From NCBI GenBank assembly GCA_965248355.1, contig OZ252098.1, forward strand, positions 1,472,001-1,536,000: a DNA stretch of 64,000 nt. The letters are read 5' to 3'. A program made the position numbers and the translations under genes. Positions within the stretch are counted from its first letter, which is position 1. Every line of letters starts with the position of its first letter. This stretch comes from Candidatus Latescibacterota bacterium (GTDB lineage: Bacteria > Latescibacterota > UBA2968 > UBA8231). The notes under the pieces were generated by a model that worked only from the letters and a program-made list of their open reading frames with translations, made no database searches and had not been told where the DNA came from. Shown here piece after piece: positions 46,117 through 55,973 of this stretch.

Positions 46117-47703
46117 TCAGTGCAGCAGGGTCAGCTTGTGGCTCTCAGCCGTCCCATCGACCGAGACCACCAGGAAATACGTGCCCGAGGCCTGGAGCCG
46201 CCCGGCTTGGTCGAGCCCGTCCCAGACGAATTGGTAGGAGCCCACCGGGCGTTCCGCCTCCGCGGCCAGCACCCGCACCCGCTGCCCCAACTCGTCGTAG
46301 ATCCGCACCGATACGGAGGCCGAGTGGTCCAACTCGAAGGCGACGGTGACGGCGGCGTTGAAGGGATTCGGCCACAGGCGCACGGAGGGTAGTGCTTCTT
46401 CGGCGCCATTCGCCGGCACCTCCTCCTCGACCGCCTCCACCGCCGTGGCCACCATCCACTCGCGGACGCGGCAGATGCGGCGCAGCTGGGAGAACTCCTC
46501 TCCCCCCCAATAGAGGCCCCGAAAGCTGTTCAGCATCGAGACGAGGAGGTCACCTTCGGATGTCAGCAGCAGACGAAAGGGCCACCAGACCGGGGCCTCC
46601 AGCGCCGGACCGCCGTTTCCGATATTGTCCTGGCAGCGATGCTCCGACAGTCGCTTGCCAGCGACCGCCCGTTTCTCCACGGCAGCGCAGCCCCGTGCAA
46701 CGTAGTCCAGTCCGTTGCCGGCGACGGTCTCGATAACGCCGTCCGGCCAGACGCGATGAATGCGGTGAAAGCTCTGATCGAGAACGTACAGCACCCCCTG
46801 TTCGTCGATCACAATCTCCCATGGCATGTAGAGAGGAACTTCTGTCGCCAGGCGGCCCTCGCCGACAGAGTAACTCCTGTTGTCCTGCACGGAGGGCGGG
46901 CGGTCTTCGTACACCCGGGAGCCGGCCACGATCTCGATGACGCCGTCGGCAGACCGGCGGAAGACCTGATTTCCCTGCGAGTAATACACCACTCCTCGGT
47001 CATCCACGAGCAGCCCGGTTACCAGATCGGCTTCCACCAGCGTGGTGACCACGCCTTGGCCATCGATCTGCCGGATCCCGCCCGAGCCGGCGACGAGCAG
47101 GCGGCCTTCCCGATCGAACGCCAGCGCAGCCATCACGCCAAACCGGGCCTCCTTGGCCGGGCCGCCGTCGCCGCTGGAGCCATACTCGCCTCCCGCGACA
47201 GTAACCACCTGACCGTCCGGGTCCAGCCTGGCTATGCGGGACAGCTTCCGCCCCCAATCGGGCCACGATCGGTTGACATAATCCACAAAGTAGAGCCGGC
47301 CTTGCCGGTCAAAAGCCAACCCCTCCGGTCCGATGCGGGCATCCAAGGCCGCGACGCTGTCCCGCAAGACATTGGCCGCCCGTTCCTCGCGGGTCTGCGG
47401 CACCCCCACGATGCGCGTGGCCGAGCCGTCGGATTCGAGGCGATAGATGACGGAACCATCGGACACATGGACCTGCCCACCCGGGTCCAAGGCCAAGCCC
47501 AAGGGCAGGTAGCTCCTATACTCGCCGAAGGCGGCCAGGTAGTCTCCGCCGTCGGGGGCGGTCACGGTGCTGATCGTGCCCGGCTCCCCGCACGGCGGCA
47601 GCGCCCCCACCGGGGCCACCAGGGCAAGCCCTGACAAGGCAAGAAGGCCATGGAGACGGGTTGTCATCTCTCCTGTCCCTCAGTGCAGCAACGTCAGCTT
47701 GTG
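46112..47703. repeat. 29-bp direct repeats (46112-46140 and 47675-47703, 27/29 identical) bracketing the NHL gene
   Basis: GTCCCTCAGTGCAGCAggGTCAGCTTGTG versus GTCCCTCAGTGCAGCAacGTCAGCTTGTG. Confidence 0.85.
46117..47667 (-). CDS. Secreted NHL-repeat beta-propeller protein with a C-terminal FlgD-Ig/secretion-tail domain
   Basis: Signal peptide; P.GLA.D..G.LY..D repeats, GDGGPA..A, IETVAGNG; WPNPFN...IYDELGQRVR.L...WDG.D..G....SGTY...KLTLLH. Confidence 0.85.
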   Translation of the reverse strand: MTTRLHGLLALSGLALVAPVGALPPCGEPGTISTVTAPDGGDYLAAFGEYRSYLPLGLALDPGGQVHVSDGSVIYRLESDGSATRIVGVPQTREERAANVLRDSVAALDARIGPEGLAFDRQGRLYFVDYVNRSWPDWGRKLSRIARLDPDGQVVTVAGGEYGSSGDGGPAKEARFGVMAALAFDREGRLLVAGSGGIRQIDGQGVVTTLVEADLVTGLLVDDRGVVYYSQGNQVFRRSADGVIEIVAGSRVYEDRPPSVQDNRSYSVGEGRLATEVPLYMPWEIVIDEQGVLYVLDQSFHRIHRVWPDGVIETVAGNGLDYVARGCAAVEKRAVAGKRLSEHRCQDNIGNGGPALEAPVWWPFRLLLTSEGDLLVSMLNSFRGLYWGGEEFSQLRRICRVREWMVATAVEAVEEEVPANGAEEALPSVRLWPNPFNAAVTVAFELDHSASVSVRIYDELGQRVRVLAAEAERPVGSYQFVWDGLDQAGRLQASGTYFLVVSVDGTAESHKLTLLH

Positions 47704-47722
47704 TGCGCGACGGTCGCGGCCA

Positions 47723-49534
47723 TCACTCCCACTCCACCGTGCCCGGCGGCTTGTGGGTCACGTCGTAGTAGACCGCCTCCACCCCTTCCAACTCCAGCAG
47801 CCGCGCGGTGACCTCGCGCAGGAAGTCCGCCGGCAGGCGGCCGAAGCGGGCGGTCATGAAGTCCTCGGTGGTCACCGGCCGCAGCACGATGCTCTCGCTC
47901 ACGCCGTCGGAGGAGAGGGGCACCAGCACCGTGGGCATCTGCGTCAGCCGGGGCATGAGGCCGTGGCGGTCCAGGGCCTCCATGACGATGGCGTCGGCCT
48001 CGCGCAGCAGGTCCAGGCGCTGCTCCGTCAGGTAGGCCTCCCGCGGGCTCTGGCGCAGGCGCCGCCCCGGCCCCAGCTGGAAGAGGACGCGGTTGACGCG
48101 GTCGGTGGAGTTGGTCAGCTCCGTGGAGGCGCGCTCCAGGTCGTCCCAGGAGGGCCCGCCCTCCTCCCCCGGCAGGATCGCGGCTCCGGCGGCGGTGAGC
48201 AGGGCCGGATGGGCATAGGTGCGCCCGTCCCCCTGCACGCCGACGCTGCGCAGGGGCAGCAACTCGGCGTCCAGGTTGGAACCGTCCAGCGTGCCCAGCG
48301 GCTCCGCGGCATCGTGGCCGGCTCCGGGCCCCGCGCACAGGCAGCGGACCGCCAGGCCCGGGCCCGGAAAGGGATGCCGCCAGACGAGGTGGTGGGGCAC
48401 CCCCAACTTCTCGCCCAGCTCCCGCACCTCGTCCTTGTAGAGCTGGCTCAGGGGCTCCACCACCTTGCCCTCGGCCAGCAGACGCTCGATCACGCCGACG
48501 CGGTTGTGGTGGGTCTTGATGACCTCGGCGTGGTCGGTGCCCCCCGACTCGATCGTGTCGGTGTACAGGGTGCCCTGACCCAGCAGCCACTGGTCCGGGT
48601 CGAGGTCCAACTCGGCCAGGACCCGGTCACGGACCTCGATGAACTCCTCGCCGATGGCCAGGCGCTTGGCCTCCGGGTCGGCGACCCCGGCGACGCGGGC
48701 CAGGAAGGCGGCGCTGGCGTCGACCACCTTCAGGTTCGTAAACCCCGACCCCTTGAGCAGGCTCTCCACGGCGGCGGTCTCGCCCTTGCGCATGAAGCCG
48801 TTGTCGATGTGCAGGCCGAGGACGCGGTCGGTGCCGAGGGCGCGGTTGAGGAGCAGGAAGCAGACGGTGGAGTCGACGCCGCCGGAGACGAGGAGGAAGA
48901 GCTTGCGCCCGCGGGCCTGGCGCTTCAGTCCCTCCATGGAGCGGTCGATGAAGCCCTCCATGGTCCAGTCGCGCTCGCAGCCGCACAGGTCGAGGAAGTT
49001 GTCGAGGATGCGCATCCCCGACTCGGTGTGGGTCACCTCGGGGTGGAACTGGAGGCCGTAGATCCGGCGGCTGTCGTCGCCCATGGCGGCCACCGGGCAG
49101 TCCCCGGTGCGGCCGAGGACCTCGAACCCCGGGGGGATCTCCTCAACGAGATCGCGGTGGCTCATCCAGATCGGCTCTCGCGGGTTCAGGCCGGCGAGGA
49201 CGCCGGTGGCCGCGGTCACCTCCAGGGAGGCGGCGCCGTACTCCATGCGCTGGCCGCGCTCGACGCGGCCTCCGAGGGCGTGGCACAGGAGCTGGTGCCC
49301 GTAGCACAGCCCGAGGATCGGCTTGCCGCTGGAGAGCAGCGCCTCCTCGAAGAGCGGACGATCCTCGGCGTAGACGCTGGAGGGCCCGCCGGAGAGGATC
49401 AGGCCGTCGGCCCGGGCCAGCTCTTCGAAAGGAGTGTCGGGGGGGCGGATCTCGGCCCAGACGTGGAGGCGGCGGATCCGGTTGGCGATGAGGTGGGCGT
49501 ACTGGCCGCCGAAGTCGAGGACGACGATTCCCAA
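47723..49534 (-). CDS. guaA: GMP synthase (glutamine-hydrolysing)
   Basis: LDFGGQY, ILSGGP, GLCYG, QFHPE, SGGVDS, IKTHHN, RHPFPGPGL, KPPGTVEWE. Confidence 0.96.
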   Translation of the reverse strand: MGIVVLDFGGQYAHLIANRIRRLHVWAEIRPPDTPFEELARADGLILSGGPSSVYAEDRPLFEEALLSSGKPILGLCYGHQLLCHALGGRVERGQRMEYGAASLEVTAATGVLAGLNPREPIWMSHRDLVEEIPPGFEVLGRTGDCPVAAMGDDSRRIYGLQFHPEVTHTESGMRILDNFLDLCGCERDWTMEGFIDRSMEGLKRQARGRKLFLLVSGGVDSTVCFLLLNRALGTDRVLGLHIDNGFMRKGETAAVESLLKGSGFTNLKVVDASAAFLARVAGVADPEAKRLAIGEEFIEVRDRVLAELDLDPDQWLLGQGTLYTDTIESGGTDHAEVIKTHHNRVGVIERLLAEGKVVEPLSQLYKDEVRELGEKLGVPHHLVWRHPFPGPGLAVRCLCAGPGAGHDAAEPLGTLDGSNLDAELLPLRSVGVQGDGRTYAHPALLTAAGAAILPGEEGGPSWDDLERASTELTNSTDRVNRVLFQLGPGRRLRQSPREAYLTEQRLDLLREADAIVMEALDRHGLMPRLTQMPTVLVPLSSDGVSESIVLRPVTTEDFMTARFGRLPADFLREVTARLLELEGVEAVYYDVTHKPPGTVEWE

Positions 49535-49642
49535 GGAGGCGGGACTCCCTGCGGGGAGGGGTGCGGGGAGAAGGAGTGGAATATAACGGCCGACCCGGGA
49601 GGGACAATCAGCGGGTCGGCCGCGGCCCGGGCATCCGCCTGT

Positions 49643-51193
49643 TCAGGGCTCCCGGCGCAGGAGGCTGACGCGGCCCCAACTCCGGTCGTCGCGCTCGGGG
49701 TGGTCCTCGTTGTAGTGGACTCCCCGGGTCTCGCGGCGCCGGCGCGCCGAGTGGGCAACCAGCCGCGCAACGGCCAGGCGGTTGCGCAGGTCCAGGGAGG
49801 CGGGATCGGTCGCGCCCTCCGGGGTCTCGCGGTCCATTTCGTCCAGGGCCTCGCAGGCCCGCCGCAGACCCGCGTCGGTGCGCGTGATGCCCACCTCCTC
49901 GAGCATGATGCGGCCCAGGCGGTCCACCGCGCAGGTGAGTCGGCCATCGCCTCCAGGGGGGACGCGGAAGGCCGGCAGGGGCGTGTTCGACAGGCACCTG
50001 TCCCCTTCCGCCGCCTGGACGGCGCGGCCTGCGAGGACCACCGCCTCCAACAGTGAATTGCTGGCCAACCTGTTGGCGCCGTGGAATCCCGTGTGTCCGA
50101 TCTCACCGATCGCATAGAGTCCCGGCAGGTCGGTGCGCCCGTCGATGTCGGTGTGCACGCCGCCGCACAGGTAGTGGGCGGCGGGGGCCACGGGGATGGG
50201 CTCGCGGGTGATGTCGATGCCCAGGCCGGCGCAGTAGCGGCTGATGTTGGGGAAGCGGCGGCGCGTCTCCTCCGGGTCCTTGCCGGTGGCGTCGAGGTAG
50301 ACGCAGTCCCGGCCGCTGCGCCGCATCTCGGCGACGATGGCGCGGGCCACCACGTCCCGGGTCGCCAGGGACCCGCCGGGAAGCTGCCGCTCCACGAAGG
50401 GATCGCCCTCGTGGTTGACGACCACGGCGCCGTACCCGCGCAGCGCCTCCGAGATCAGGAAGGTCCGTCCCTCGGGGTGGGCCAGGGCCGTGGGGTGGAA
50501 CTGGAAGAACTCCAGGTTGGCCACCGCGGCCCCGGCCCGGTACGCCATGGCGATGCCGTCCCCGGTGGCCACCGCCGGGTTGGTGGTGCAGGCGTAGATG
50601 CGGCCGGCGCCGCCCGTGGCCAGGACCGTGGCCGGCGCGGTGAAGGCTACGACCTCGCCCTCGGGGCGGTCCTGGGGGAGCGCCCAGACCCCGCGGCAGC
50701 GGCCCTGCCCGTCGACGATCAGATCGAGGGCGAGGTGTCCCGGAAAGGTGGTGACGCCCTCCTCGGCCTGCGCCGCCGCCAGCAGGGCCCGCACCAGCTC
50801 GCGGCCGGTCCAGTCGTCGGCGTGGGCCACCCGGTGGGCGGAGTGGCCGCCCTCGCGGCCGAGGCTGAGGCCGCCGTCCCCCGCCTTGGAGAACCGGACC
50901 CCCAGGTCGACGAGGTCCTCGACCCGGCCGGGCCCCTCCCGGACCACGGTCTCCACCACCTCGGGGTCGCACAGGCCGGCCCCGGCCTCCAGGGTGTCGC
51001 GGGCGTGGGTCTCGGGCGAGTCCCCCGGGCCGAGAGCGGCGGCGATGCCTCCCTGGGCCCAGCGCGTATTCGAGTCGTCCGCTTGCTTCTTGGTGACGAC
51101 GGCCACCCGCGCCCCGGACCGTGCCGCGAGGATGGCGAAGTAGAGGCCGGCGATGCCGCTGCCGACGACCAGGTAATCGGAGGAGACTCGCAT
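49643..51193 (-). CDS. nadB: L-aspartate oxidase
   Basis: GSGIAG, WAQGGIAA, REGGHS..R..H, QFHPT, LISEALRG, AAHY.CGG, GFHGANRLASNSLLE, ETRG.HY. Confidence 0.95.
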   Translation of the reverse strand: MRVSSDYLVVGSGIAGLYFAILAARSGARVAVVTKKQADDSNTRWAQGGIAAALGPGDSPETHARDTLEAGAGLCDPEVVETVVREGPGRVEDLVDLGVRFSKAGDGGLSLGREGGHSAHRVAHADDWTGRELVRALLAAAQAEEGVTTFPGHLALDLIVDGQGRCRGVWALPQDRPEGEVVAFTAPATVLATGGAGRIYACTTNPAVATGDGIAMAYRAGAAVANLEFFQFHPTALAHPEGRTFLISEALRGYGAVVVNHEGDPFVERQLPGGSLATRDVVARAIVAEMRRSGRDCVYLDATGKDPEETRRRFPNISRYCAGLGIDITREPIPVAPAAHYLCGGVHTDIDGRTDLPGLYAIGEIGHTGFHGANRLASNSLLEAVVLAGRAVQAAEGDRCLSNTPLPAFRVPPGGDGRLTCAVDRLGRIMLEEVGITRTDAGLRRACEALDEMDRETPEGATDPASLDLRNRLAVARLVAHSARRRRETRGVHYNEDHPERDDRSWGRVSLLRREP

Positions 51194-51227
51194 GTCGGAT
51201 GGAAACTCCGTGAGCGCCGCCGGAGTG

Positions 51228-52817
51228 TCAACGCGGCTCGGCCAGCTCGATCTGCAGCCCCGCCTGCCTCCTCAGGGGCCGCACCTGGAGGCGGCCCCGC
51301 AGCCAGATCCGCAGCGGCCCGAGAGGCCCGTCGAGGCGGACCCCGGCCAGGGCGCAGACCCGCCAGCCGTCCCCGTAGAGGGGGCGGATGCTGACCGAGC
51401 CGGGCAGGTCGTGCTCGTACTCGTAGATGCGGGTGGCGTAGCCGCCGGTGCGGTAGCGGGTGGCCTGGATCGACCACTCCCGCCGGGGGGTGCGGCGGCG
51501 GCTCCCCAGACCCAGGGCCACCCCTCGCTCAGCGCCGCTGCGCACGCCCTCGAGGCGGGCCTCGAGCCGCAGGCTCCCCGGGGACCAGCGCCCCCGGACC
51601 CGGGCGCGCTCCGTGACCGGGAAGCTCTGCGCTCCACCGGACCAGTCGCTGCGCCGGCGCCGCTGCACGTCGGCGGTGACCTCGAGGTGCCGCACCGGCC
51701 GGCGCCTCCAGCTCAGGCCGAGACCGCTGCTGGCGCCGGGCACCGGCTCTGTCCAGCGGGCGGCGCGACGGCGCGTCTCGTCCAGCCACAGCCGCCAGCC
51801 GCGGCCCCGGATGCGCGCGGTCAGACCCCGGTGGCCGCTGCCGCCGCCGAGAACGGAGGCGCCGAAGGGACTGTAGAACCCGGCCGCCGAGTCGCGGGCG
51901 AGGACGTCGAAGCGGGCTCCGGCGGCGCGCACGCCGGTGATCCCCGCCACCCAGGCCGGGCGCCCGCCGGCGATGGCCGCCGAGAAGAACAGGCGCGCCC
52001 TTCCCAGACCGGCGAGGCCGTCGACGGCCGCGGCCGCCTGCGAGCGGCCGGCGAAGGCTTCGGGCACGCGGGCGGGGCGGCGCAGGTCCAGGGGCCGACT
52101 GAAGGCGAGGTGCTGCAAGGTGACCCCCATGCGGGCGCGCTCGCCGCCGGCGGTGGCGCGGGCGCCCAGGACCAGACCCGCAAGGCGGTCGCGCTGGTCG
52201 AGGCGGGTGCCGGTGTGAATTCCGTCCTCCGGCAGAGAGACGGCGACCCCGGTGGTGTCGAGGCGGGCGTCCCGGCGGAATCCCCCGGCCACGAGGCTGA
52301 AGCGGCCGGGGCGGCGGCGCCAGCGCAGGAAAAGCCCGCACAAGTCCCGGTTCTCGGCGGCGGAGCGGTAGCCCACGGCCTCGCCGTCGCGCCGGGGCGC
52401 GGGCACGGGCACCCCCATCGAGCGGCCCCGGCCGAAGAGCAGGCCCTGGCCGAAGGCCGGCCGCAGGCTCCCGAGGGCCACCTCCAGGCCGCCGCTGTCC
52501 GGCCGCCGGTGGGCATAGCCGACGGCGTGGTCGAACCAGCGCCGCTCCCCGGGGTCCCGTTCGCCCACGGCGGCCAGCTCCCAGGCGCCGATGCGGCCGG
52601 TGGCCCGCTGGTAGAGGCGGGCCTCTTCGAAGGAGAGGGCGTCGGTCCGCAGCCGCAGGCGGAGGGACCCCTCCACCACGGGCCGGGAGTCCGCCTGCGC
52701 CTGGGCGGCCGCCTGGTCTCCCTCCCCCGGCAGGGCCGGACCGGGATCGGCCGGGGCCGGGCAGGGAGCCAGGAGGCAACCGCACAGCAGGGCGGCGGCG
52801 GCGGGTCGCGGGAGCAT
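51228..52817 (-). CDS. Exported beta-rich protein resembling the C-terminal barrel of ComEA/HhH-associated outer-membrane proteins (no HhH seen)
   Basis: Signal peptide; ERDPGE, G.LR..FGQGL, GIH, Y.TRIYEYEHDL motifs recalled from that family. Confidence 0.5.
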   Translation of the reverse strand: MLPRPAAAALLCGCLLAPCPAPADPGPALPGEGDQAAAQAQADSRPVVEGSLRLRLRTDALSFEEARLYQRATGRIGAWELAAVGERDPGERRWFDHAVGYAHRRPDSGGLEVALGSLRPAFGQGLLFGRGRSMGVPVPAPRRDGEAVGYRSAAENRDLCGLFLRWRRRPGRFSLVAGGFRRDARLDTTGVAVSLPEDGIHTGTRLDQRDRLAGLVLGARATAGGERARMGVTLQHLAFSRPLDLRRPARVPEAFAGRSQAAAAVDGLAGLGRARLFFSAAIAGGRPAWVAGITGVRAAGARFDVLARDSAAGFYSPFGASVLGGGSGHRGLTARIRGRGWRLWLDETRRRAARWTEPVPGASSGLGLSWRRRPVRHLEVTADVQRRRRSDWSGGAQSFPVTERARVRGRWSPGSLRLEARLEGVRSGAERGVALGLGSRRRTPRREWSIQATRYRTGGYATRIYEYEHDLPGSVSIRPLYGDGWRVCALAGVRLDGPLGPLRIWLRGRLQVRPLRRQAGLQIELAEPR

Positions 52818-52829
52818 GGGCAGCGGGGG

Positions 52830-52845
52830 TGCAAGCTCCGTGCCC
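52830..52845 (-). promoter_or_regulatory. Sigma54 (-24/-12) promoter for the 51228..52817 gene
   Basis: Minus strand GGGCAC-GGAGC-TTGCA against consensus TGGCAC-N5-TTGCW. Confidence 0.6.
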
Positions 52846-53197
52846 GGCCGGCGTCCCCAGTCCTGGAGGCGGCAGTGCCCTCATCAGTGACGGTCGTGCC
52901 CTGGCTCACATCGGCGGGATCGGCGGAGAGCAAGACTGACGGCGCCCCCCGGGGCCAGCGGCCGATGGCGTGGTCCACCGGTGACGCCTCCGGAAGCTCC
53001 GGCTCACACCCGGTCCGGGGTGTCACGGCCCCGTTCCTCGGCAACGATCTGCGGGCGCGTCCCGGCTCACACCTCGGGCTCCGCCAAGCCCGCGAGTGGC
53101 ATGCAGAACGGAGGGTCGGGCTTTCCGCACGAGCGGGGCGGGCACTAACGTGTTGACGGCGCCCCCCCGAAGTTCAACCAACGACAGGAGAGATTCG

Positions 53198-53569
53198 ATG
53201 GTACGCAAGATCCACAAGATCGCCGTCATCACCGACGACGTCGAAGGAGCGGTGGAATTCTACACGCAGAAGCTGGGACTCACCGTGGTGGAGCGCTTTG
53301 CCACCGAGGACGACGAGGACTACGTCTTCCTCGACGCCGGCGGGATCCTGCTGGAGCTCATGCCGCAGAAGACCATGGGGCTGGCCCCCGGCTTCCATCA
53401 CATCTCCTTCGACGTGGAGAGCGTGGAGGAGAGCGCGCAGGCATTGAAAGAGAAGGGGGTGACCATCACCAAGGAGCCCTTCGACGTGGGCGGGGGCACC
53501 GGCATCACCCTGGGCTTCTTCGAGGGGCCGAACCAGCTGAACCTGCAGCTCTTCCACCGGGAGAAGTGA
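53198..53569 (+). CDS. VOC (glyoxalase) family protein
   Basis: AGGAG RBS; IAVITDDVE.AVEFY..KLG, LLEL, HHISFDVE. Confidence 0.88.
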   Translation: MVRKIHKIAVITDDVEGAVEFYTQKLGLTVVERFATEDDEDYVFLDAGGILLELMPQKTMGLAPGFHHISFDVESVEESAQALKEKGVTITKEPFDVGGGTGITLGFFEGPNQLNLQLFHREK

Positions 53570-53576
53570 GGCCGTC

Positions 53577-54395
53577 ATGCGCGTGGCCAGAGCCGATCGT
53601 GCGAGCATGCAGGAGCTGGGCGACGTCCACGGCGGCGCCGGCCCCATCCTCTTCGGCAGACTGTGGGAGCGCGACGACTTCGAGACCCCCTTCGCCTTCG
53701 TCCACAGCGCGGTCCTGCTGCCCGGCGGCGGCATCGGCCTGCACCGCCACGACGACAGCGAGGAGATCTTCATCGCCGTCGACAACGCCTCCCAGTTCAC
53801 CCACAACGGGCGCACGGCCGTGGTCGAGGGCGGCGCCGCCGTGCCCCTGCGCTCGGGCGAGACCCACGCCATCTACAACCACACCGGCCGCGAGACGCGC
53901 TGGTTCAACGTCCATTGCGTGGTGCCCGGGGGCGATCCCAAATCGACCGATCTGGGCGACGACCGGGCCGGCGCCGATCTGGAATCCACCGACCGGCTGC
54001 CGGTAGGGAGGCTGGACCGCGCGGCGCTGAAGTACGGCCGGTCCCACGGCGGCAAGGGCGCCGTCGGCGCCCGGTTCATCTGGGGGCCGGAGGACTTCCG
54101 CAGCAACTTTCACTTCCTCGCCCACTGTCTGATGCCGCCGGACACCTCCCTCGGCTACCACCGCCACGAAGGCGTCGAGGAGGTCTATATCATCATCGAG
54201 GGCCGCGGGCGGATGACGGTGGACGACGAGACCCGGGAGGTCGCGCAGTGGGACGCGATACCCAGCCGGCTCGGGGGTCGCCACGGCCTCTACAACCACA
54301 CCCGGGAGAGCCTGGAGCTGCTGGTGGTCGCCGTCTGCGCCGAGAAGGGCCGGTTCGACTCGACGGACCTCGGCGACGATCTCAGCCAACGCTGA
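53577..54395 (+). CDS. Bicupin domain protein
   Basis: Two cupin repeats: G.HRH...EE...H.IYN, each preceded by HGG.G. Confidence 0.85.
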   Translation: MRVARADRASMQELGDVHGGAGPILFGRLWERDDFETPFAFVHSAVLLPGGGIGLHRHDDSEEIFIAVDNASQFTHNGRTAVVEGGAAVPLRSGETHAIYNHTGRETRWFNVHCVVPGGDPKSTDLGDDRAGADLESTDRLPVGRLDRAALKYGRSHGGKGAVGARFIWGPEDFRSNFHFLAHCLMPPDTSLGYHRHEGVEEVYIIIEGRGRMTVDDETREVAQWDAIPSRLGGRHGLYNHTRESLELLVVAVCAEKGRFDSTDLGDDLSQR

Positions 54396-54477
54396 CGCCG
54401 GCGGCGGGGGGGGCCTATCTTTCGCCGCCCCGAAGCGCCGTTCCGGGCGCCCCCATCGTCCACAGGGAGAGCATCGA

Positions 54478-55305
54478 ATGAAGTTCGGCACGTGCAACGA
54501 GTACTTCGAGGGTTGGCCGCTCGAAGAGGTCTTCGACTACGCGGCCGAGGTGGGATACGACGGCGTGGAGATCGCCCCCTTCACCCTCGCCGACTCGGTG
54601 GACGACATCCCGGACCGCCGCCGCCGCGAGATCCGCGCCGCCGCCCTGAGCGCCGGCGTCGAGATCGTCGGCCTCCACTGGCTGCTGATCCGCCCCGAGG
54701 GGTTGTACACCAACCACCTGGACGACGCCATCCGCAACCGCACCCGCGACTACTTCCAGTCCCTCATCCGCTTCTGCGGCGACCTCGGCGGCGAGGTCAT
54801 GATCATCGGCTCGCCGAAGCAGCGCAACGTCCAGGAGGGTTGGGACTTCGGCCAGACCTGGGAGCGCACGAAGTCCGTCTTCGAGGACTGCCTGCCCCTG
54901 GCCGAGGAGCAGGGGGTCTACCTGTGCATCGAGCCTCTCAGTCCCGAGCTGACCAACTTCATCACCACCGCCGAGGAGGCGCGGCGCATGGTGACCGAGA
55001 TCGGCCACCCGAACTTCCAGACGATGGTGGACGTCTGCTCCGGCTCGACGGAGTCGATCCCGGTGGCCCGGCAGGTGCGCGAGTCCGGCGAGCACCTCTA
55101 CCACGTGCACGTCAACGACGCCAACAAGCGCGGCCCCGGCTTCGGAGAGACCGACTTCGCCTCCGTCCTCACGGCCCTCGAGGAGACCGGCTACCAGCGC
55201 TACGTGTCGGTGGAGGTCTTCGACTTCGCGCCCGACCCGAGAACGATCGCGGCGGGCAGCCTCAAGTACCTGAAGGGGATCCTGGACGCTTCCGTCAGAG
55301 CCTAG
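54478..55305 (+). CDS. Sugar phosphate isomerase/epimerase (D-psicose/D-tagatose 3-epimerase-like TIM barrel)
   Basis: GYDGVEI, IEPL...TNFI, VD, HVH.ND..KRGPG.G..DF, SVEVF. Confidence 0.88.
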   Translation: MKFGTCNEYFEGWPLEEVFDYAAEVGYDGVEIAPFTLADSVDDIPDRRRREIRAAALSAGVEIVGLHWLLIRPEGLYTNHLDDAIRNRTRDYFQSLIRFCGDLGGEVMIIGSPKQRNVQEGWDFGQTWERTKSVFEDCLPLAEEQGVYLCIEPLSPELTNFITTAEEARRMVTEIGHPNFQTMVDVCSGSTESIPVARQVRESGEHLYHVHVNDANKRGPGFGETDFASVLTALEETGYQRYVSVEVFDFAPDPRTIAAGSLKYLKGILDASVRA

Positions 55306-55861
55306 GGTCCAGGCCCTCGCCGGCGCCCTCGAAGGGCCGTCCCAAGGCCTGGAGGCGGGCGTAGTCCTCGTTGAGGGCGGCCGACATCTCCTCCCCCAGC
55401 CGCAGCAGGATCCGGCATCCCAGGCCGGGGTCGGTGGCGACGATGTCCATCAGGTCGGGGCGGAAGAATCCGGCCAGCTCGCTCCTCTCGGCGGCGATGA
55501 CGGAGGTGCCGCGCGGGCCGTCGTCGAGCAGGGCGAACCGGCCGAGGATCTCGGGGGGGCCGAGGGTGCCGGTGACCTCCCGGCCCCCGGGGCCTTCGCG
55601 AACGACGTGGACGGAGCCGCTGCGGATCAGGTAGAACCCCGACTGCGGGGCCCCCCGGCGGATCACCACCTGGCCGCGGGCAAAGGTGCGCAGGTGGACC
55701 TGCCGGGCCAGCGTGGCCAGGGCCTCGGCGTCCAGCCCGCTGAAGGCCGGAACCCGCGCCAGGGCCTCCTCGAGGGTCTCGGAGCGGCCTTCGCCGGGGG
55801 AGAAGTAGTTCTCCCACTCGGGGTCGGTGAGAGCGTCGCGGGTGGAGGCGGGAGGGCTCAT
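55295..55861 (-). CDS. Cyclic nucleotide-binding domain protein
   Basis: VPAFSGL, F..GQVVIRRG....GFYLIRSG.V, G.FALLDDGPR. Confidence 0.85.
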   Translation of the reverse strand: MSPPASTRDALTDPEWENYFSPGEGRSETLEEALARVPAFSGLDAEALATLARQVHLRTFARGQVVIRRGAPQSGFYLIRSGSVHVVREGPGGREVTGTLGPPEILGRFALLDDGPRGTSVIAAERSELAGFFRPDLMDIVATDPGLGCRILLRLGEEMSAALNEDYARLQALGRPFEGAGEGLDPRL

Positions 55862-55973
55862 CTTCCGCTAAGATAGCCCCGCCCCGAGGGACGGGCGAGC
55901 GGTTGCCGCCGCGCCGGCGATGGCCCTGGTTGTCCCCGGATTCCCATTCAGCCTCCCGCGAAAGGAGAGCACC

